Part shown: positions 35,992-41,788 of the stretch, one piece after another | Layout: each line of letters begins with the position of its first letter | Numbering within the stretch: the stretch's first letter is position 1 | IMG/VR virus record: IMGVR_UViG_3300012942_000074 | Coordinates: 1-41,788 of that record | Direction: 5' to 3' (one strand) | Source of the DNA: a virus | Taxonomy: Duplodnaviria; Caudoviricetes | DNA length: 41,788 nucleotides | Program-made: the position numbers and the translations under genes | The notes under the pieces: model-generated | The model's database searches: none | What the model was told of the DNA's origin: nothing | The model's input: the letters and a program-made list of their open reading frames with translations, nothing else

Positions 35992-36696
35992 ATGCCTTAC
36001 ATTCCGCGCGCGCTGAACCTCGGGCCTAGCGAGGGCGAACCCTCCTACCGCATGTCGATGCTCCCGTTTGGAACCTATCCGAACGAGGGCGGGCAGGGGG
36101 AACACTTGGGCTTCGCCGTCCCCGGCATGATCGAAGAGCCGGTCAATGCCCTGATGAACCTGTTCGCGCATGGGGACTTTGCCAAAGGCCCAGACGACCC
36201 TGGCAACGCCAATGACATGCGAACCCTACTGTTCTCGATGTATGGGGGCAATGCGCTGAATCCGGCCAGTCTGGCCGAGCACGCGGGGCTCAGAGATGCC
36301 GCTCAGGCGGCTTATCGAACTGCGAGGCATCCTTTGGAGAGCGCAGTATATGATGGCCCATTGCCCGAGGTGTCTCCCGCACACACAGCGATGCCAAACC
36401 CGTCGTCCGACGGCTGGTTTCACGGTCTCGACACCCCAGACTATCACGGGCGGACGTACTTAGGGAGCGACACTCTCGGCATCGATCTCCCGCAGTCATT
36501 ATTGCGCCGCTTCGCGAACGATCCGGAGGGCGGTTTTGATCCGAAATACCTTGATGCAGTCATGTCGCAAGGACGGCGTAACGATCTATCGACGATCACC
36601 GGAGGTCTTCTTTCCGACACGGGCACGCCCTCTCTTATGGGCAGCGCGCTCTCTGCCTACAGCCAGCAGCCTAGAAACTCTCTTCTCGACTACTAA
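35992..36696 (+). CDS. Hypothetical protein, possibly an internal virion protein
   Basis: GAGG RBS; GGLLSD and terminal SLLDY motifs like those in the ejection proteins. Confidence 0.7.
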   Translation: MPYIPRALNLGPSEGEPSYRMSMLPFGTYPNEGGQGEHLGFAVPGMIEEPVNALMNLFAHGDFAKGPDDPGNANDMRTLLFSMYGGNALNPASLAEHAGLRDAAQAAYRTARHPLESAVYDGPLPEVSPAHTAMPNPSSDGWFHGLDTPDYHGRTYLGSDTLGIDLPQSLLRRFANDPEGGFDPKYLDAVMSQGRRNDLSTITGGLLSDTGTPSLMGSALSAYSQQPRNSLLDY

Positions 36697-36737
36697 CGCG
36701 TGCTGCGTTCCAACCTGGAACGAAAGAATCATGACAA

Positions 36738-36986
36738 ATGCGGAAGCAATCGGGCGAGTGGCCGGGGCTCTGGCAATGGAGCTTGAAAGTCGAAAACCGG
36801 CTTACGAAGCTCGAAGGGAAGGTTTTCAAAGAGACTACGGACCAGGACGACGAGCGCCGGACGTGGACTCCCAGAGACTATCTGGCGGCGGTAGCTGGCA
36901 TAGTGATGGTGATCGGAGCGTTGGGCCAGAAGGTCGGCTGGCTCGATCTCAGCGTTTTCCTGGCAAAGCTTTATGGCGTTCGGTGA
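36738..36986 (+). CDS. Small membrane protein, holin candidate
   Basis: VENRLTKLE coiled coil plus TM; last late gene. Confidence 0.5.
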   Translation: MRKQSGEWPGLWQWSLKVENRLTKLEGKVFKETTDQDDERRTWTPRDYLAAVAGIVMVIGALGQKVGWLDLSVFLAKLYGVR

Positions 36987-37071
36987 TGGCGGCGCTCTGC
37001 CCAGGGTCCAGGGTGTTTATCGTTTGCGCGGGCATAACTGCTTTCATTTGGGTGGTTTGAGCCGCATTCAT

Positions 37072-37278
37072 TTCCCCTGTTATTCCCCGGATTGCCGTGA
37101 ACGCAAAACGAACGAATCATCAATAAAATGAGCGTCTGGCCGAGCTAAACCCTAGCAAACATCGATCGTCCCGTTTCTTCGGGAGCAAGGGGTCGGAGGT
37201 TCGAATCCTCTCGCTCCGACCAACATTTCCAATGGGTTAGCGAACCTAGCTCTGGCGCATTCCCCTGATAACTCCCCC
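37072..37278 (+). repeat. Putative integrase arm-type sites flanking attP
   Basis: TTCCCCTGTTATTCCCC (37072-37088) and TTCCCCTGATAACTCCCC (37260-37277). Confidence 0.6.
37177..37222 (+). other. attP core: 3' half of tRNA-Pro(CGG)
   Basis: CTTCGGGAGCAAGGGGTCGGAGGTTCGAATCCTCTCGCTCCGACCA comprises the anticodon loop, T-arm and CCA; no 5' half; 23 bp from the integrase stop. Confidence 0.92.
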
Positions 37279-38427
37279 AATATCCCTTTTGCGGCCATCT
37301 CCTGCGGCTGCGTCCGACTGGAAATCGGCGTGATGGTGGCCGTAGACGTTCCACAGCGTTTCGGGCGTCATACCGAGGTATCCAGCGGCTTCGTTGAGAT
37401 CGACGCCCGACTGCATCAGCCATGTCGCGCATGTGTGTCGGCAAACGTGCGGGCCATCCTTCACCCTGATCTTCTTCGTTCCGTTCTCGTATTGCCCGAT
37501 AACCTCGGCATGTCCGGCGCGCGCCGCGATCGAGGCCCAGACGCGCTTGATACGCGTTGTGATCGGTCGCCCGTAGTAATGGACGACGTGGGTGATCGGC
37601 GGTTTTCCCTTGATCTTCTTTTCGTCCAGACGCTTCCAGCGTTTCAGGTGCGGCAATAACCTGCGATGGATGCGTGCGGGCGGTTGTCTCTTGCGCGTCT
37701 CGACGGCGCCCGTTCCGCGCCGGTGCAGCGTCTGAGTCTCGAGGTCGAACCATCCCCCGGAAACCGACGGATACCAGCCAAGCTTCAAGATCGCGCCCGG
37801 CCGGGTGCCGGTGTAGACGCCGATGAGGATCATGCGAGCGAGATGCTTGGTGCGCTTTGATTGTCGCGCGGCACGGATGCGGTCGGCGGCCATCTTCCGG
37901 GTCAGCCAATAATCCTGACGGCGCGAAGCCTCGGCCGGCAATGAGACGACCGGCACGGCCGGCAGCGGTCCATATTCACGGTGATAATAATTGATGGCGG
38001 CGCTGAGCTGTTTGAGCTCGTGGCGGGCTGTCTGGTCACTGACGTGCTGCTTGATGCGCCATGAGACATACTCCTCGCACGTCGTCCTTCGAATATCGCC
38101 CAGCGTTTTCCCGGCGCCGCCCCACCAGTCGATGATGGGGTCCATCATGTGCGCGATCCAGGTGCCTTTGTCGGCGGTTCGTGGCCCCTGCTCTTTCAGG
38201 TAGATCGTTACGACGTCCGCAATGAGGATACGTTTGAGGTCATTCGTTGTTTTCGGCGGCGTGTGCTTGTTGGTGATGTAACGTGCGAGCGCTTCTTCAG
38301 CTCTAGCGCCGTCGCTCTCGCTGCAGCCAGTGCTAACCTCGACGCCTCCGTCCTTGATGACCCAGAAAGGGGCGCATCCGGCGTGACGTCTGAGATAGAG
38401 ACGGGGGCCTTTTGCTCTTCGAGGCAT
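37246..38427 (-). CDS. int: Tyrosine integrase
   Basis: YTGTRPGAI; HVCRHTCATW; VYGHH; start MPRRAKGPRL with GGGAG RBS. Confidence 0.95.
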   Translation of the reverse strand: MPRRAKGPRLYLRRHAGCAPFWVIKDGGVEVSTGCSESDGARAEEALARYITNKHTPPKTTNDLKRILIADVVTIYLKEQGPRTADKGTWIAHMMDPIIDWWGGAGKTLGDIRRTTCEEYVSWRIKQHVSDQTARHELKQLSAAINYYHREYGPLPAVPVVSLPAEASRRQDYWLTRKMAADRIRAARQSKRTKHLARMILIGVYTGTRPGAILKLGWYPSVSGGWFDLETQTLHRRGTGAVETRKRQPPARIHRRLLPHLKRWKRLDEKKIKGKPPITHVVHYYGRPITTRIKRVWASIAARAGHAEVIGQYENGTKKIRVKDGPHVCRHTCATWLMQSGVDLNEAAGYLGMTPETLWNVYGHHHADFQSDAAAGDGRKRDIGGVIRGMRQS

Positions 38428-38597
38428 AGGCTCTGCATCTCCCTGATTGCCGATTCCGTGGTGCACAACTTGCCCGCAATCTTTCCGACCCTCAATCGCC
38501 CTTTGCGCCGTTCGGTCAGAAGGCTCGCCACACTCCACCCTGGGAGGAACTTCTCCACAGCTATTGCGAGCGGAAATGGATGTTCGGAGTCTGCCAT
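38208..38597 (-). CDS. Excisionase-like protein overlapping int
   Basis: SVASLLTERRKGRL..GKIAGKLCTTESAIREM wHTH; GAGGG RBS; upstream of int. Confidence 0.75.
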   Translation of the reverse strand: MADSEHPFPLAIAVEKFLPGWSVASLLTERRKGRLRVGKIAGKLCTTESAIREMQSLCLEEQKAPVSISDVTPDAPLSGSSRTEASRLALAAARATALELKKRSHVTSPTSTRRRKQRMTSNVSSLRTS

Positions 38598-38640
38598 CGT
38601 ATCCCTCGTTATCTCCCGAACTTAAATTCTGTCGTCGTCA

Positions 38641-38991
38641 TCACTTCCCCTCTGCCTCTTTAATAGCTTCATCTGCTTCTCGGAGGTCGCCTACGGTGAT
38701 CTCGCGTGTAAAATTGAGATCGTTTGTTACCGGACCGGCGATCACGTCCGCATCGTGGTTGCAGCACGTGCACTTGCAATTTGCATACTCCGAGAACGGC
38801 CTGAGAGCCTTGACGAGTCTCTCGACCTTCAATTTTAAAGCGTCTCTCTCTGCTCTAAGCCGGTCAATTTCGTCGTCGCGCTCTCGGCATTTGCGCGAGA
38901 GTTCGTCCCTGCCGCCTTGGTAGTGGACTGCACCGAGGCCGAGCGTTCCGCCAAGCCGTTCCTGTATTGCTGTCTGCGTTGAATTAGCCAT
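38641..38991 (-). CDS. Hypothetical protein (coiled coil with Cys cluster; start may be 39048)
   Basis: GAGAGG RBS; ALRPF...ITVGDLREA motif. Confidence 0.65.
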   Translation of the reverse strand: MANSTQTAIQERLGGTLGLGAVHYQGGRDELSRKCRERDDEIDRLRAERDALKLKVERLVKALRPFSEYANCKCTCCNHDADVIAGPVTNDLNFTREITVGDLREADEAIKEAEGK

Positions 38992-39056
38992 TTGTGGCCT
39001 CTCGTAATTATAGCTTTGTGTGCCCTCTGCTACGTCTTGTGGTGTCATGGTGATGG

Positions 39057-40406
39057 CTAATCCTTCCACGGATCGAATTCAGCTTCGCCCGCCATTACGA
39101 CTGCAAACGGACGCAATCGATGGAGCACGCGCGTTGAGGCCGTGTGATAGGCGAGAACGTCATCCAGTCTTCGATATGCCATCGGGCTTTCGTCCAAGTC
39201 TGCACCAATCAGAGTGACGCCCCGGCTTTGCAGCCACGCATCCATTTCCGACTTCGTGAACCGGCGCTTGGCTTCCTTTCGTCCGAACAGCCGTCCCGCG
39301 CCGTGCACCGTTGAATAGAGCGACGCTTTCGCCTCTGGGCTGTCCACGCCCTCTAGGATCACCGCATCGTCGCCCATCGATCCGCCGACAAAGCCTCTCT
39401 GACCGGGGAACGCTGGCGTCGCGCCCTTGCGGACCACCCATAGTTCCTTGCCATCGTGCGTCTCTCGCCAAGCGTAGTTGTGATGGTTATGAACCATGTC
39501 GGTGATGTTGCCGCCGATGATCTTGCGGACGCGCTCCACGACCCATTCCCGGCCAGCATATGAGTATCGACCGGCCAATTGCATCGCTGCGATATAGCGA
39601 CGGCCGATCTCGCTATCCTCGTCCACGACGGCGGGCGGGACGTTGATGCCGTCCTGACCGCCAGCGGCTTTGAGGTAGCGCGTGGACGAGGTATGCCCGA
39701 AGCCGCGTGAGCCGAAGTGCACGCCAATCCAGACAAAACCGTCTTCGTCGCGCATCAGGTCAACGTAGTGGTTGCCGCCGCCGACCGTGCCAAGCTGACC
39801 GACCGCCTTCTGCCGGTAGGATTCCATGTCGGATTCCTTCCATGCCTCCGCGTCGTCGAATAGCTCATGCTCAACGCGTTCCTCGTTATTGCGGCCGATA
39901 CCGAACGACACCACCTTGGACACGTCGCGGATGATCTCGCCAACGCGGTCTTCGATGGCCGAGAACGGCGTATCAAGGCGCACGGCCATATTTCCGCAGC
40001 CAATATCGAAGCCGACGCCGGAAATCGAAATCTGCTTCTCATAGGCAATGACGCCGCCGACTGGTTGCGCATAGCCCAAGTGCCCATCGGCACAGATCAC
40101 GCCCGCCACGGCGTTTCCAACCGCCATGCAGTTCTTCATCTGCGCAATGGTTGCGTCGTCATGCTGACCGATGATGGTCAACGGGCTGCTCTGATAACGA
40201 GGTTCCTGCGGGCGAAGGCTCGCGATCTCCTTCGCTGCCTCGGCCGCTTCACGCGCCAAGTGCTCTTGACGGGCTGCGTCTCGGAATGTGCACCACACAG
40301 GCATTGGGCGTTGCCCTGGACGATCGATCTTCCCGTCCGGGTCGAGGCCAGCCACGGCAGCCAACTCTCGTGCACGCGCTTGATACGGGTCAGTTCTATT
40401 GGCCAT
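39057..40406 (-). CDS. rtcB: RtcB-family 3'-phosphate/5'-OH RNA ligase (alternative TTG start at 40595)
   Basis: ADGHLGY..PVGGV; GFDIGCG; GTVGGGNHY; HFGSRGFG; NHHNYA; RKGATPA; GSMG; VHGAGR; DESPMAY. Confidence 0.96.
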   Translation of the reverse strand: MANRTDPYQARARELAAVAGLDPDGKIDRPGQRPMPVWCTFRDAARQEHLAREAAEAAKEIASLRPQEPRYQSSPLTIIGQHDDATIAQMKNCMAVGNAVAGVICADGHLGYAQPVGGVIAYEKQISISGVGFDIGCGNMAVRLDTPFSAIEDRVGEIIRDVSKVVSFGIGRNNEERVEHELFDDAEAWKESDMESYRQKAVGQLGTVGGGNHYVDLMRDEDGFVWIGVHFGSRGFGHTSSTRYLKAAGGQDGINVPPAVVDEDSEIGRRYIAAMQLAGRYSYAGREWVVERVRKIIGGNITDMVHNHHNYAWRETHDGKELWVVRKGATPAFPGQRGFVGGSMGDDAVILEGVDSPEAKASLYSTVHGAGRLFGRKEAKRRFTKSEMDAWLQSRGVTLIGADLDESPMAYRRLDDVLAYHTASTRVLHRLRPFAVVMAGEAEFDPWKD

Positions 40407-40612
40407 CCCTCTACCCCTCCGTGTTATCTGATAGGCTTTGGCATCGTCGTGCGTTTGAGCGACGGCGCGTTTACCGGCCTTTTGCACTTCGTCAAGGTCA
40501 TGGCCGGAAACTGAGACCCCGTGATTAGCTTCGGCACGGTTATTGTGTGCAGCGGTTGTCAGCCGTTCCACGATCTCTTTTGTTTTCTCGTCCAAGGTGG
40601 CTAGGTTCCTTC

Positions 40613-40756
40613 TTAATGAACGATGATGCTGACGTGGTGCCATAGCCACGGAATGCCAAGAAAAATTCCCGCTCCGGCTATTACGCCGACCACGAAAACT
40701 GCGATAATCAGAAACCCAATTTGCTGTGCGAAGCCTGCGGCGATCCAATCGCTCAT
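40613..40756 (-). CDS. 47-aa membrane peptide
   Basis: MSDWIAAGFAQQIGFLIIAVFVVGVIAGAGIFLGIPWLWHHVSIIVH; AGGGGG RBS. Confidence 0.6.
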   Translation of the reverse strand: MSDWIAAGFAQQIGFLIIAVFVVGVIAGAGIFLGIPWLWHHVSIIVH

Positions 40757-40758
40757 CG

Positions 40759-41133
40759 CTATTCCCCCTGAGTGTCAGCATGGTGGGAGGTGTGGTCGGA
40801 ACTCTCGGAATGGTCGCAAATTTTTGTCTCGCCTTCATCGTCTCCGAATTGGACCTCGACCCAATTGAGAGACAACGTGCCCGACCGCTGCATGTGGCGA
40901 AGCCACGCAATGAAATCTTTCCTACGCTGATCTCCTATATTACTTTCGGTCCACCCCTCTTTCGATCCATCGGGCGCGACCATGAAAGAGCGAGAACCAT
41001 TAACTGCCGCTGGCGTTATGGGCGTCACGGGGGCAACATCGGGGAACAGATTACCTGCTTTCTGGTGGGCGGCGATGACATCCTCCTCTCGCGATCCCGT
41101 GACAACAACCGCGTGTGCGCGCATATATCCCAT
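40759..41133 (-). CDS. Conserved phage hypothetical protein
   Basis: SFMVAPDGSKEGW.ES...WVEVQFGDD motif. Confidence 0.75.
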   Translation of the reverse strand: MGYMRAHAVVVTGSREEDVIAAHQKAGNLFPDVAPVTPITPAAVNGSRSFMVAPDGSKEGWTESNIGDQRRKDFIAWLRHMQRSGTLSLNWVEVQFGDDEGETKICDHSESSDHTSHHADTQGE

Positions 41134-41144
41134 CGCTATTCCCC

Positions 41145-41627
41145 CTAAGTGTCTGAGTGTGAAAGAGCGGCGCGGAACTCCGTTTGCTTCTCTTGTTCAG
41201 CCTCTAGTTCCGCGATGCGCGCTGCGATGGCACTTTCAAGAAGCGCCAAGCATGTGTTGCGGTCGGTGCGCTCGCTTTCCTTCAACCAGCCACCCGCTTT
41301 GACGTAGTTGCGAGACACGTAGCCGATTACGCTTAGAGGCGTGCGATCAAATCCGATGCAGTTCGCTTCCGGAAGTGCAGCCTCAATCAGAGCGACACAA
41401 GCACCAAGGCCGTCTGGATCGGTGGTGTAGTCCGGAAAGTCAGAAACGATACGACGCCCAATGCGGACGCGACAAATGTAGCCGGATGGAACATCGCAAT
41501 AGTCCTTGAAGACGATGCCATTATTGAACGTCGCAAAAATCTCAGCATCAAGCTCCCTATCCGGTCCCGTTGCCTCACGGATGCGCTTCTGCAATGCGCG
41601 GAGAGATTCTAGGTTCATGGCGCTCAT
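41145..41627 (-). CDS. Hypothetical protein
   Basis: EATGPDRELDAEI...PDYTT motif. Confidence 0.7.
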   Translation of the reverse strand: MSAMNLESLRALQKRIREATGPDRELDAEIFATFNNGIVFKDYCDVPSGYICRVRIGRRIVSDFPDYTTDPDGLGACVALIEAALPEANCIGFDRTPLSVIGYVSRNYVKAGGWLKESERTDRNTCLALLESAIAARIAELEAEQEKQTEFRAALSHSDT

Positions 41628-41788
41628 TCCGTCACCGCCTCTGTCTTAGGAGCCGTAATACCGGTGGGAGTGGGGGAGACGAGAGCAGCGCGGCCCGCAT
41701 CGGTGATCGAAATCATAATGTCCCTCTTGGGCGTTCCACGCTTTCCAACAGCGTCGAACGCGCGTCGGACATCGCCTCGATGTACTGA
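41624..41788 (-). CDS. 55-aa protein spanning the circular junction (ATG at positions 3-1)
   Basis: MSVHRGDV...ITDAGRAAL...VTE; GAGG RBS at 10-13; open across the junction; ATGA overlap at 41624-41627. Confidence 0.7.
   Translation of the reverse strand, partial: SVHRGDVRRAFDAVGKRGTPKRDIMISITDAGRAALVSPTPTGITAPKTEAVTE

Larger units (their letters stand above)
1..41788. mobile_element. Complete temperate podovirus-like phage genome (excised/circular form)
   Basis: Full module set (int/attP, cI/cro, replication, terminase, portal, capsid, ejection, lysis); no tape measure or sheath gene; no host genes; an ORF is continuous across the end/start junction. Confidence 0.92.

Noticed and set aside
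37177-37222. Functional tRNA-Pro gene
   Set aside because: Only the 3' half is present; upstream sequence cannot form the D-arm or acceptor stem, so it is called attP
37145-37909. 254-aa alternative-frame ORF inside int
   Set aside because: Low-complexity Arg/Pro-rich translation running through attP; no motif support
37246-38538. 430-aa integrase start
   Set aside because: ATG 38427 has an RBS and a typical N-terminus; the extension overlaps the xis core
39057-40910. 617-aa RtcB as given in the ORF track
   Set aside because: The 5' part overlaps two better-supported genes; RBS-backed starts are at 40406 or 40595

Overview
The window looks like the complete, circularly permuted ~41.8 kb genome of a temperate, podovirus-like phage of an alphaproteobacterial host (probably Hyphomicrobiales; this is inference from GapR, the tRNA-Pro sequence and a GAAC-N7-GAAC box). 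An ORF with an RBS runs across the 41788/1 junction, and an uninterrupted attP (3' half of tRNA-Pro(CGG)) sits beside the integrase. The leftward early arm carries RecT, a C5 methyltransferase, RtcB, xis and int. It is followed by a cI/cro switch, a replication initiator with iterons, and a nin-like region (HslV-like protein, GapR, HNH-AP2, NusG-like antiterminator). Next come a pair of divergent paralogous membrane proteins and the late operon: TerS, split TerL, portal, scaffold, DUF5309-type capsid, tail, ejection proteins and lysis genes. The main leads are: (1) putative cognate C-/N-terminal docking motifs chaining consecutive ejection proteins; (2) two CGxxC coiled-coil membrane paralogs with their own HTH, operator and small peptide; (3) a phage RtcB RNA ligase; (4) a methyltransferase made of two polypeptides from overlapping frames; (5) a TerL split inside its ATPase domain; (6) several structured non-coding leaders. 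All assignments come from motif recognition by eye; no database searches were run.
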